From a candidate division WOR-3 bacterium (GTDB lineage Bacteria > Hydrothermota > 32-111): 64,000 nt of DNA. Positions 48,406 to 57,865 of this stretch are shown here, one piece after another (position 1 is the stretch's first letter; each line of letters begins with the position of its first letter). The stretch spans positions 544,001-608,000 of the forward strand of contig JBDRZU010000001.1 in NCBI GenBank assembly GCA_039804105.1, written 5' to 3'. Both the position numbers and the translations under genes were made by a program. The notes beneath the pieces are model-generated. The model had not been told where the DNA came from. It ran no database searches and was given only the letters and a program-made list of their open reading frames with translations.

Positions 48406-49223
48406 GAAAAAAATTTAAATTATCTTCAAGAAGAATAATCCAGATAGTTTCCTTTATCATATTCAATCCATACATACTTTTAAATCCAAAAACGGGAAAA
48501 GTTTTATATCAAGGGAAATTAAAATCTTTATGTGTCCCAATTTTAAATTGCTATTCATGCCCTCTTGCTGTTGGTAGTTGTCCCCTTGGTGCTTTACAAC
48601 AGACAATAAAAATATCACAGATCCCATATCTTTTGTTGGGGTTTTTTGGAACTATTGGAATTTTTATTGGAAGGTATCCATGTGGGAATTTCTGTCCCTT
48701 CGGTTTTTTACAGGAACTTTTATACAGGATAAAAAGTTTTAAATTTAGAGTCAAAAGACCGTTCAGATACATTAAATATATTTTTCTCATTCTTTCGTTT
48801 TTAATTCCATTTCTTTATAAAGAACCTTTTTTTTGCAAGTTCATCTGTCCTGCTGGAACAATCGAAGCAAGTTTACCACAGATAATTTTTAACCCAGCAC
48901 TCTTATCAAATATCAGTTGGATATTCTATTTAAAAATATTTTTTGGAATCTCATTCATTTTTTCTTCAATCACAACAAAAAGATTTTTCTGTTCAACTGT
49001 ATGCCCAATAGGTGCAATATATGGACTCTTTAACCGAATAAGTTTACTCCAAATCAAATATGATAAAGAAAAATGTACAAAATGTGGTGTATGTAACGCT
49101 GTCTGTCCAATGGATATAAATATTTATGAAAATCCACACGATATTGACTGTATAAGATGTTTTGAGTGTGTTAACAGATGTCCTTATGGTGCATTGAAGG
49201 TTTCAAACAATTTTAAAAAATAA
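48402..49223 (+). CDS. Membrane 4Fe-4S protein (NapH/YccM-like)
   Basis: CYSCP, CGNFCPFG, FCKFICPAG, FCSTVCPIG and two CxxCxxCxxxCP motifs. Confidence 0.88.
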   Translation: MRKKFKLSSRRIIQIVSFIIFNPYILLNPKTGKVLYQGKLKSLCVPILNCYSCPLAVGSCPLGALQQTIKISQIPYLLLGFFGTIGIFIGRYPCGNFCPFGFLQELLYRIKSFKFRVKRPFRYIKYIFLILSFLIPFLYKEPFFCKFICPAGTIEASLPQIIFNPALLSNISWIFYLKIFFGISFIFSSITTKRFFCSTVCPIGAIYGLFNRISLLQIKYDKEKCTKCGVCNAVCPMDINIYENPHDIDCIRCFECVNRCPYGALKVSNNFKK

Positions 49224-49436
49224 TCAGTTATTCTGTTCTAAGAACTCGTTCATCTCTTCAACAAATTTTTCCAAATTCTCAATCCCTTTGCTTTCAAGAA
49301 GTTCTCTCAAACTTCCCCACACTGGAGCACCACATCTTATACATATTATATCTTTATCCATAAGATATGATATCAGTTGTGGATATTCTCTAACGATATC
49401 TTCAACTTCCATATCAAGTGTAACTTTATTATTCAT
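49224..49436 (-). CDS. DUF1858-like small protein
   Basis: VTLDMEVEDIVREYP...CIRCG...SLRELLE. Confidence 0.7.
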   Translation of the reverse strand: MNNKVTLDMEVEDIVREYPQLISYLMDKDIICIRCGAPVWGSLRELLESKGIENLEKFVEEMNEFLEQNN

Positions 49437-50640
49437 CCTCGATCTCCTCCAGAACTTTTACAACATCCTCTGCAATAACTAATTCTTCATTAGTTGGAAT
49501 AACAAGAACTTTTACTTTTGAATCATCTGTAGAGATCACCATTTCTTTTCCGATACATGAATGGTTTTTTTCCTTGTCAACCTTTACACCCATAAACTCC
49601 ATGCCTTTCAAAGAGAGTTCCCTGACATCAGGATCATTTTCGCCAATACCTGCTGTAAAAACAATAGCATCGGGTCCTTCGAGAACAACTGAGTAGGCAC
49701 CAATAAATTTTTTCACTATATAACAGAACACCTGAAACGCAAGTTCAGCCCTTCTGTTTCCATTTTTTGCAGCATTCTTGACCTCCCGCATATCAGAAGA
49801 AACACCTGAAACACCTAAAAGTCCTGAATGTTTTGTTAACAATGATGTTGCCTGTTCGATCGTCAACTCTTCCTTTTCCATTATGTTCAGAATAACAGCA
49901 GGATCAAAATCACCACACCTTGTTCCCATCATCACACCTGCTATTGTCGAAAAACCTAACGAAGTATCTATCGAACGGCCATTTTTTACTGCACTGATAG
50001 AACATCCGTTTCCAAGATGGCATGTTATCACAGAAAAATTGTTGATATTCCTGTCAAGTATTTCGCAACTCCTTTTGGATACATAGTAATGGCTCGTTCC
50101 ATGAAATCCATATCTTCTGATCTTATACTTTTCATAAAAAATATAAGGTATTGGATAGATGTAAGCAACTTCTGGAAGTGATTGGTGAAACGCTGTATCA
50201 AAAACTGCAACTTGAGGAACTTTCGGTAGCGCTTTTATCGCTGCATTTATTCCTCTTAGATTATATGGATTATGGAGTGGTGCAATTTCAGAATATTCTT
50301 CTATCGCTTTTATAACTTTATCGTTTATCAAGACAGACCTTGAAAATTTTTCTCCTCCATGAACAACTCTATGTCCAACAGCATCTATTTCATTTATCGA
50401 CATCAAAACACCGTGCTGTTTATCAACTATAAGTTTTAACACACTTTCGATTGCAATTGAATGACTTATGATCTCGTCTTCCAACTCGTAAACATCACCA
50501 TCAAACCTTTTCTGTTTTATCACAGAACTTGTCATTCCAATTCTATCAACAAGACCTCTTAAAAGTGAATCACCTGTTGATGTATCTATGATCTGATATT
50601 TTAAAGAAGAACTACCTGAATTTAAAACTAAAACTTTCAT
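49429..50640 (-). CDS. ackA: Acetate kinase
   Basis: LNSGSSSLK, GHRVVHGG, APLHN, DTAFH, HLGNG and PTNEE motifs. Confidence 0.97.
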   Translation of the reverse strand: MKVLVLNSGSSSLKYQIIDTSTGDSLLRGLVDRIGMTSSVIKQKRFDGDVYELEDEIISHSIAIESVLKLIVDKQHGVLMSINEIDAVGHRVVHGGEKFSRSVLINDKVIKAIEEYSEIAPLHNPYNLRGINAAIKALPKVPQVAVFDTAFHQSLPEVAYIYPIPYIFYEKYKIRRYGFHGTSHYYVSKRSCEILDRNINNFSVITCHLGNGCSISAVKNGRSIDTSLGFSTIAGVMMGTRCGDFDPAVILNIMEKEELTIEQATSLLTKHSGLLGVSGVSSDMREVKNAAKNGNRRAELAFQVFCYIVKKFIGAYSVVLEGPDAIVFTAGIGENDPDVRELSLKGMEFMGVKVDKEKNHSCIGKEMVISTDDSKVKVLVIPTNEELVIAEDVVKVLEEIEDE

Positions 50641-50646
50641 CTTTAC

Positions 50647-51504
50647 CTACCTGTAATTTAAAAATCCCTGTTTTGCTTTTATTCCAGTATAACCTTTATC
50701 GAGAAGATTTTTCAAAATTTCTGGAACCTTGTAAACTGAACTATCTATCTTTGAGAGTTCCTCAATCCACATCTTGATATTGTCAAGACCTATTTCATCT
50801 GCCATCGATAGTGGTCCTTTGTACATTTTTAGTCCTTTCTTCATAACGAGATCAAACTCCTCGGGAGATATTCCGGTTTCTCTCATAACATCGCATGCCT
50901 CAAGAACGGTTGCTATCAAAACTCTTGGACCGATAAGTCCTGCACCATCTTTCAGTTCAACTATTTTCAGATCAAGTTTTGCAAAAAATTCTTTAACTAT
51001 CTCAAGAGTGGTTTCAGAAGTATTTTCAGTTTTAAAAAGTTCGATGATTTTATAAATTGGAACAGATGGAACAGGATGGATGTTTACAGATTTCTGTTCA
51101 AGATCATCGTTCTCAACAACATCTTTCAAACTGTTCGTCTGAGAAGTAAAGATAACGGGAATATTCATGTTGACTTCATTTTTGATTTTTTCTCTGACTT
51201 CTCTTTTTCGTTGTAATCTTTCTTCGACAGATTCAACAAGAATGTCTATATCATGTTTTGAAAAATCAGCAAGATTTTCAACATGTTCAATCCTTGAAAG
51301 CATAACCTTTTTATCCTTTAGGGTGAGTCCCCAATGTTCTATTTCGTAATCAATGTTTCTTTCGATTATGTTCAATCCCGCTTGATAAACATCATAATCT
51401 TTTTCGTAAATAACAGCAGTCAGTCCTTTGTTTAAAACCGACTGAACAAGACCTGGACCAAGATTTCTTATACCATAAAAACCAATTTTTGTTATTTTTA
51501 TCAT
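50647..51504 (-). CDS. 3-hydroxyacyl-CoA dehydrogenase-fold protein with degenerate motifs
   Basis: VESVEE..RK, SQTNSL, IHPVPSVP..IIE, GLIGPR and GPLSMADEIGLD; the Rossmann motif reads GIRNLG. Confidence 0.75.
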   Translation of the reverse strand: MIKITKIGFYGIRNLGPGLVQSVLNKGLTAVIYEKDYDVYQAGLNIIERNIDYEIEHWGLTLKDKKVMLSRIEHVENLADFSKHDIDILVESVEERLQRKREVREKIKNEVNMNIPVIFTSQTNSLKDVVENDDLEQKSVNIHPVPSVPIYKIIELFKTENTSETTLEIVKEFFAKLDLKIVELKDGAGLIGPRVLIATVLEACDVMRETGISPEEFDLVMKKGLKMYKGPLSMADEIGLDNIKMWIEELSKIDSSVYKVPEILKNLLDKGYTGIKAKQGFLNYR

Positions 51505-51908
51505 CCTCTCTCCTTAAAGAAAACTTTTTTTTCATAAATATAAGATTTTTTTGAATCTGAAGCATGAACAGAATTTCTTCTGAATGTTTCACCAAATGTG
51601 TGCCTTATTGTTCCTTTTTTTGCTTCTTTTGGATCAGTTGAACCAACTATTTCTCTCAAATGATCGACTGCATTTTCTCTTTCCAAAATAACTCCAACGG
51701 TTAACCCAGAACACATATATTCAACAAGATCATTGAAAAATTCTTTCTTCTTATGAACCTTATAAAACTCTTTTGCTAATTTTTTTGTCATTTTCAGGGA
51801 TTTTATCTGAACTATTTTAAAACCTTTTTCTTCAACTATTGAAAGGATTTTACCAACAAGATTTCTTCTTGTCGCATCAGGTTTTATCAACATAAGGGTT
51901 CTTTCCAG
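51501..51908 (-). CDS. ndk: Nucleoside diphosphate kinase (probable CTG start)
   Basis: xERTLMLIKPDA, GTIR and NSVHASDS motifs. Confidence 0.92.
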   Translation of the reverse strand: MERTLMLIKPDATRRNLVGKILSIVEEKGFKIVQIKSLKMTKKLAKEFYKVHKKKEFFNDLVEYMCSGLTVGVILERENAVDHLREIVGSTDPKEAKKGTIRHTFGETFRRNSVHASDSKKSYIYEKKVFFKERG

Positions 51909-51909
51909 A

Positions 51910-52851
51910 TTACCCCCTTTTGATAAGTGTTCCCGACTCTCCTCTTACAACATCTTTCCCAAGTTCAACAGAACCTATCAAAGCCCTTTTACCAGTATTT
52001 TCAACAAACCTGATCATCGCTTCAATCTTTGGGCCCATCGATCCTGGTGGAAATTGCCCTTCGATAAAATATTTTCTCGCTTCCGATACAGTTAACTCTT
52101 TAAGTTCCTTTTCGTTAGCTTTTCTAAAATTAATACAAACCCTTTTTACAGCAGTTAAAATATAAAATTCATCAGCCCCGATCTCCTCTGCAAGAAGTGC
52201 CGATGCTTTGTCCTTATCGATAACAGCATCGAGACCTTCAAGGTTTCCCTTTGAATCATAGTAAACAGGAATTCCTCCACCACCTGCTGCGATAACGATA
52301 TAACCGTTTTCAAGTAAAGTTTTAATAACATCTTTTTCGACTATACCTTTTGGCTCAGGTGAAGGAACAACTCTTCTATACCCTCTTCCAACATCATGTT
52401 TTACGACCCATCCTTTTTTCAAAAGGTTTGAAACATCTTCCTCTTTATAAAATTTCCCAACAAATTTTGAAGGATTTTTTATTGAAGGATCATTTTCATC
52501 AACAACTACCTGAGTTATCACAACTGCAACCTGCCTGTTGATTCCCTCTTTTTTCAATCTGTTCATCAACGATTGGGATATCATATAACCTATAGAACCC
52601 TGTGTCTCAGCATCTATGACTCCAAGTGGAAGTGATGGAACCTCATTTTCAGCCATCTCATTTTTTAAAAGTTCAAAACCTGCCTGAGGGCCATTACCAT
52701 GAGTTATAACAACTGAAAAATCTTGACGGAGTAATTCGATTACTCCGTCAAGAGACATTCTTGTATTTGCAAATTGTTCGGTTATCGTGCCCTTTTGACC
52801 ATCCTGAATCAGTGCATTTCCACCTAAAGCAACAACAGCTATCTTTGTCAT
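51910..52851 (-). CDS. arcC: Carbamate kinase
   Basis: ALGGNAL, THGNGPQ, RRVVPSP, AVIDKD and GSMGPK motifs. Confidence 0.97.
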   Translation of the reverse strand: MTKIAVVALGGNALIQDGQKGTITEQFANTRMSLDGVIELLRQDFSVVITHGNGPQAGFELLKNEMAENEVPSLPLGVIDAETQGSIGYMISQSLMNRLKKEGINRQVAVVITQVVVDENDPSIKNPSKFVGKFYKEEDVSNLLKKGWVVKHDVGRGYRRVVPSPEPKGIVEKDVIKTLLENGYIVIAAGGGGIPVYYDSKGNLEGLDAVIDKDKASALLAEEIGADEFYILTAVKRVCINFRKANEKELKELTVSEARKYFIEGQFPPGSMGPKIEAMIRFVENTGKRALIGSVELGKDVVRGESGTLIKRG

Positions 52852-52856
52852 AATTT

Positions 52857-54182
52857 TTACTTTTTAATTTTCTTAACAAAATTTTTCAAAATATCTTCAA
52901 GGTCTGGTTTTCCAATTTCCTGGAGATCATAACCAACCCTTACTGATGGCTTGTTGATCTTCACCAATCTTCCGAGGTTTATCGGTGTTGCTATAACTAT
53001 TGTTTCACATGGAATTTTGTTTATTGTTTTTTCAAGATCAGAGATCTGTTTTTTCGAATAACCCATTGCAGGAAGTATTGCACCTGCTTCTGAATATTTC
53101 TCATAAGTTTCTTTTATCTCACCAACAGCATAAGGATGTGGATCTATTATCTCTTTTGCTCCAAACCTTTTTGCTGCAACAACACCTGCACCATATTTCA
53201 TCTCACCATGGGTGAGTGTTGGTCCATCCTCAACAACAGCGACTTTTTTACCTTTTATAAGTTCGGGCTTATCAACTGAAACTGGAGATGCTGCTTCGAT
53301 AACTGTTGCTTTAGGATTCACTTTTGCAATGTTTTCCCTTACAACTTCAATATTTTCAGGTTTTGCAGAATCAATTTTGTTTATAACAACAACATCAGCA
53401 AGTCTAATGTTAACACAACCTGGATAATATGTGAGTTCATGACCAGGTCTATGAGGATCAGCAACTGTTATTACAAGGTCGGGTTTGTAGAATGGGAAAT
53501 CGTTGTTCCCACCGTCCCATAAAATTATATCCGCCTCTTTTTCAGCCTGTCTGATTATGTCTTCATAATCAACACCAGCATATACAACAGTTCCATTATT
53601 TATATGAGGTTCATATTCCTCCATTTCTTCTATAGTGCAATTATGTTTTTTCAAATCCTCAATTGAAGCAAACCTTTGGACTCTCTGTTTTTCAAGATCA
53701 CCATAAGGCATAGGGTGTCTTATTGCAACAAGTTTATAACCCATACCTCTTAAAATTTTTGATACTGCCCTTGTTGTCTGAGATTTACCTGAACCTGTTC
53801 TAACTGCAACTATTGAGACAACTGGCTTTGATGATTTTATGTATGTCTGTTCAGGACCAAGAAGCATATAACTTGCACCTGCAGCCATCGCTTCTGCACC
53901 TTTGTTCATAACATACTGGTTGGAAATATCTGAATAGGAAAAAACAACCAGATCAACTTTTTTTTCTTTTATTATTTTTGTCATATCCTTTTCATCATAA
54001 ATTGGAATCCCTTTTTTATAAAGTTTTCCTGCGAGTGATGGAGGATACAATCTTCCCTCTATATCCGGGATCTGTGTAGCAGTAAAACCAACAACCTCAT
54101 ATTCCTCATTATTTCTAAAAAACACATTAAAATTATGGAAATCTCTTCCTGCTGCTCCTAAAATCAAAACTCTCTTTTTCAT
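52857..54182 (-). CDS. arcE: Arginine synthetase ArcE-like protein (cDPG synthase-like P-loop family)
   Basis: GAAGRDFHNFN, RTGSGKS, RHPMPYG, WDGGNND and EDGPTLTHG motifs; first gene of the operon containing arcC. Confidence 0.75.
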   Translation of the reverse strand: MKKRVLILGAAGRDFHNFNVFFRNNEEYEVVGFTATQIPDIEGRLYPPSLAGKLYKKGIPIYDEKDMTKIIKEKKVDLVVFSYSDISNQYVMNKGAEAMAAGASYMLLGPEQTYIKSSKPVVSIVAVRTGSGKSQTTRAVSKILRGMGYKLVAIRHPMPYGDLEKQRVQRFASIEDLKKHNCTIEEMEEYEPHINNGTVVYAGVDYEDIIRQAEKEADIILWDGGNNDFPFYKPDLVITVADPHRPGHELTYYPGCVNIRLADVVVINKIDSAKPENIEVVRENIAKVNPKATVIEAASPVSVDKPELIKGKKVAVVEDGPTLTHGEMKYGAGVVAAKRFGAKEIIDPHPYAVGEIKETYEKYSEAGAILPAMGYSKKQISDLEKTINKIPCETIVIATPINLGRLVKINKPSVRVGYDLQEIGKPDLEDILKNFVKKIKK

Positions 54183-54283
54183 ATCAAATACCTCCTGCTG
54201 TTAATTTAATGTTAACAAAAAATTAAAAGAATAAAATAACATATTAAAACTTTTAAGTCAAGTATTATCCTTATAAGAATTGA

Positions 54284-55234
54284 TCACTTCTTGATGATTA
54301 TGTTAAGATAGGGATAGAAAAATCCTTTATCGATCTCGGGAGAGATTTTTTGTAGAAGATCAAAAAATTTTTTTTCTTTTGAAAATGGAATGAAAAACTG
54401 TTTCAAATGAGAAACTACATTGATATCTCTTGCTTTTGTATTCCATGCGATTTCAAGTTCATGAAAACTCATCCCTCTGCCTCTTCTTAAAAAATGTAAA
54501 AATTTTTTATCTGAGTATTCATTATAAATTTCCTTGAAATTACTCCTCTCGCTGAACTTCGCATAATCGAAAGCTATTTTATCAGGTAACCAATTGAAGT
54601 ATGGAAGGAGTGATGTATGTTCATCAAAAAACCAGAGTCGGTTTGGGGTCTCGATTATTGTAAAAAAAGAACCTGTTTCAAGAAATGAAAAATATTTTTT
54701 CAGACAATCTATTCTTTCTTCATAAACCATATGTTCAAAAGATGCGTAAAAAATAACCATGTCAAACTTTCTATTTTTTATACTTTCAAAAACTTCAGAA
54801 GCATTACCTTCGAGAAATTCTGCTTTTAAACCATAAATATCCATTCTTTCCTTTGCTACAATTAAACTTTCCTTATCAATATCTATTCCTGTAACATAAG
54901 CTCCTTGTTCAACAAGTGCAACAGTTGATGAACCGGTTCCACAACCGATCTCTAAAATTTTTTTATTTTTTAAATCCAAAGTTTTTGATATCCATGGAAT
55001 ATAATAATATCTGTTTTCGTCAAGACGCAAATAGAGTTGTGTTTTTAAATCGTTTTCAAATCTCTTTTCCGAAAAATTACACTTTTCTCTCCATCCTTTA
55101 AAAAATGTATCTTCAAGAGTTTTTTGAAAATTTTTCAATTTTTCATCAGAAATTTTAATAAAATTTTTTTTGATATTTTGTGGAACCAGTTCTTTTTGTA
55201 ATTTTTTATAAACTTTATAAACAAATTTCTTCAT
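54284..55234 (-). CDS. Class I SAM-dependent methyltransferase
   Basis: ILEIGCGTGS, VTGIDI, FDMV and ETPN motifs. Confidence 0.88.
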   Translation of the reverse strand: MKKFVYKVYKKLQKELVPQNIKKNFIKISDEKLKNFQKTLEDTFFKGWREKCNFSEKRFENDLKTQLYLRLDENRYYYIPWISKTLDLKNKKILEIGCGTGSSTVALVEQGAYVTGIDIDKESLIVAKERMDIYGLKAEFLEGNASEVFESIKNRKFDMVIFYASFEHMVYEERIDCLKKYFSFLETGSFFTIIETPNRLWFFDEHTSLLPYFNWLPDKIAFDYAKFSERSNFKEIYNEYSDKKFLHFLRRGRGMSFHELEIAWNTKARDINVVSHLKQFFIPFSKEKKFFDLLQKISPEIDKGFFYPYLNIIIKK

Positions 55235-55393
55235 ATTTTTATTTTAACCGTTTTTTCAATCTCTTTCAAGAAAATATTTTTCGGGGACGGTGCTTGACTT
55301 TTTGACATTTTTAATCAAAAAATACTTTACCTAAATAAACATTTAAAACTTTTTCATCTTGAATTGGTTTCTTTTATCCTTATACTTACTCTT

Positions 55394-56197
55394 ATGTATG
55401 AAATTTTAAAACTTTATGCTTTTCTTGTGAGAAAATTTATTAATAGAAAAAAAAATATCAAAAAGATGCATTTTCACTTGAAAAAGGGATATGAGGAGTA
55501 TTTAAAATTAAAGGATAAAGAAATAATAGAATACAATTTAAAAAAATATAAAATAATAAAAATAAAAACAAAAATTTTTACTGGTGGTGAAGATCTTGTA
55601 AATTACATTTTCGAAATCCTTAATGACAAAATAAAAGATAATGATATATTAACAGTTGCAGAATCGATCATTGGAATAACACAGAATAGGGCTTACAGAG
55701 TTGATGAGGTAAAACCATCAAAATGGGCATATTTTCTTTATCCATGGGTTTCAAATGTTGATTATGGCACAGGACTTGGAATGGCAGAGACGATGGAGTG
55801 TGCTATAAGAGAGGTTGGGTTAAAAAGAATTTTGAAAGCAACACTTTATGGATTCTTTGATAGAATTAGAAAAAAGAGTGGTTCATTTTATAAAGTTGCA
55901 GGGAAAAAAGTAAAAAGCATCGATTTCAAAAAAAACCATCCGATTCCTTTTAAAGGTTCAAACAATTATATCGTTCTTTCTCCAAAAGATCCTGAAAAAT
56001 TTGCAAAAAAACTTTACCAAAAATTTTCAAAAGATATTGTTGTTGGTGTTGTTGATGCAAACAATGTTTCAATCGATCTTCTTGCACTTTATCCTGCAAA
56101 TAAAAATGTTGAAAATGTAATAATGAATGTAATGAAAGGGAATCCAGCAGGACAGGATGATGAAAAAACTCCTATCATCATTATCAGAGAAATTTAA
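55394..56197 (+). CDS. CofE (F420-0:gamma-glutamyl ligase)-like protein
   Basis: IKTKIF..EDL, DILTVAES, VVDAN and GNPAGQDDEKTPIIIIR motifs. Confidence 0.7.
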   Translation: MYEILKLYAFLVRKFINRKKNIKKMHFHLKKGYEEYLKLKDKEIIEYNLKKYKIIKIKTKIFTGGEDLVNYIFEILNDKIKDNDILTVAESIIGITQNRAYRVDEVKPSKWAYFLYPWVSNVDYGTGLGMAETMECAIREVGLKRILKATLYGFFDRIRKKSGSFYKVAGKKVKSIDFKKNHPIPFKGSNNYIVLSPKDPEKFAKKLYQKFSKDIVVGVVDANNVSIDLLALYPANKNVENVIMNVMKGNPAGQDDEKTPIIIIREI

Positions 56198-57494
56198 AAC
56201 AAACTTTTTTAAATCGATATTTTCTACATCTATACTCATAGGAATTTCAAGATTATCAGGATTTTTTAGAGAGGTAGTCTACTCCGCTTTTATCGGGACA
56301 TCCAGAATAATGGATGGTTTTTTGGTGGCTTTTCTTCTCCCAAATTTCTTCAGAAGAATACTTGGAGAAAGAGCAGCAGAATCTGTATTTTTACCAATGT
56401 ATATTCGAGAAAGAGAAAAGAGTCAAAAAGATGCTGATTCTTATATGTCAAACCTTTTCACAATAATTTCACTTATACTGATAATAGGCACAATTCTTCT
56501 ATATCTCATCTCACCTATACTTTTGAAAATTTTAGCACCTGGATTTGACAGAGAAACTTATGATATTTCATTGAAAATAACTTATCTTATTTTACCTTAT
56601 ATGTTTTTTATCGGAATATACTCTTTTCTTGGATCACTCCTTGAATCTTTTAAAAAATTTTCACTCTACAATATATCCCCTCTTGTTTTTAACATTGTAA
56701 TGATAATATCGATTCCATTATTTTACAAAAAAAATCCAGTACTCACAATCTCTTTTTCTGTTCTGATTGGAGTTATTTTACAAACTTTGATACTCTTTTT
56801 TGGATTAAAAAAATTACCAATAAAATATAGATTCACTATTTCATTTAAAGATGAAAGGATCAAAAAAAGTTTTAAACTTTTGGTTCCAATAATCGGAGCG
56901 AGTTTTATTGAGAAGAGTGCAATATATGTTGATAGAATAATGGGATCTATCCTCGGCACAGGTGCTATTTCGGCTTTACATTTCTCGTTCTTGTTAACAG
57001 ATCTTCCCTTCGCTGTTTTTTCAATCGCAATATCAAAAGTGATACATCCTTATATTTCTGAAAAAGAAAATTATTCATCAAAACAAAATTTTAGAAAGTT
57101 TATTAAAAGAGGAGTTTTATTAAATCTTTTGATTCTTTTACCTATAAGTTTACTCTTCATTATATTTGCTGAAAAGATAATAAGTATAATTTATCAAAGA
57201 GGGGCTTTCAATGTGCAATCAGTCAAAATGACTTATATCCCTTTCATTTATTATACCCTCGGTCTTATTCCAATGGGAATAATACAGGTTTTTGCAAAAG
57301 GTTTTTATTCACTTTTAAACACAAAAACACCCCTTTATGTCTCTATGATATCGATGATTATAAATGTTTTACTTAACATAATTCTAATGCCAAAATTAAA
57401 CCTTGCGGGTATAGCTTTTGCTACTTCAATCTCATACTGGTTTCACGCAATTTATCTTTATTTAAAATTAAAAAAATGTCTGGAGAAAATATGA
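56157..57494 (+). CDS. murJ: Lipid II flippase MurJ/MviN
   Basis: SRLSGFFRE, AFLLPNFFRRILGE and YQRGAF motifs; polytopic membrane protein. Confidence 0.9.
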   Translation: MMKKLLSSLSEKFKTNFFKSIFSTSILIGISRLSGFFREVVYSAFIGTSRIMDGFLVAFLLPNFFRRILGERAAESVFLPMYIREREKSQKDADSYMSNLFTIISLILIIGTILLYLISPILLKILAPGFDRETYDISLKITYLILPYMFFIGIYSFLGSLLESFKKFSLYNISPLVFNIVMIISIPLFYKKNPVLTISFSVLIGVILQTLILFFGLKKLPIKYRFTISFKDERIKKSFKLLVPIIGASFIEKSAIYVDRIMGSILGTGAISALHFSFLLTDLPFAVFSIAISKVIHPYISEKENYSSKQNFRKFIKRGVLLNLLILLPISLLFIIFAEKIISIIYQRGAFNVQSVKMTYIPFIYYTLGLIPMGIIQVFAKGFYSLLNTKTPLYVSMISMIINVLLNIILMPKLNLAGIAFATSISYWFHAIYLYLKLKKCLEKI

Positions 57495-57865
57495 GAATAT
57501 CCAACGGTATAGATATAATAGAAATAAAAAGAATAAAAGAAAAATTTGAAAAAAATCAAAAATTCAAAGAAAAGATTTTTACTGAAAATGAGTTAAAACA
57601 GGTGAAGGGACTTGAAATCGAATATATCGTTCTTGCTGGTAAATGGGCTTCAAAAGAGGCATTCTCGAAAGCACTCGGAACTGGTATCGGGAAAGAACTT
57701 GATTGGAAGGATATAGAAATTTTAAATGATATTTCAGGAAAACCTGAAATAAGAATTTCTCAAGATCTTGTAAAAAAATATAAAATAGACCAAATTTCAC
57801 TTTCAATTTCTCATATCAAGGATTACGCTATAGCATCAGTTCTTATTCTTTTCGACCAAACTTAA
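57491..57865 (+). CDS. acpS: Holo-ACP synthase
   Basis: GIDII, AGKWASKEAFSKALGTG, GKP and SISH motifs; ATGA overlap with murJ. Confidence 0.95.
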   Translation: MRISNGIDIIEIKRIKEKFEKNQKFKEKIFTENELKQVKGLEIEYIVLAGKWASKEAFSKALGTGIGKELDWKDIEILNDISGKPEIRISQDLVKKYKIDQISLSISHIKDYAIASVLILFDQT

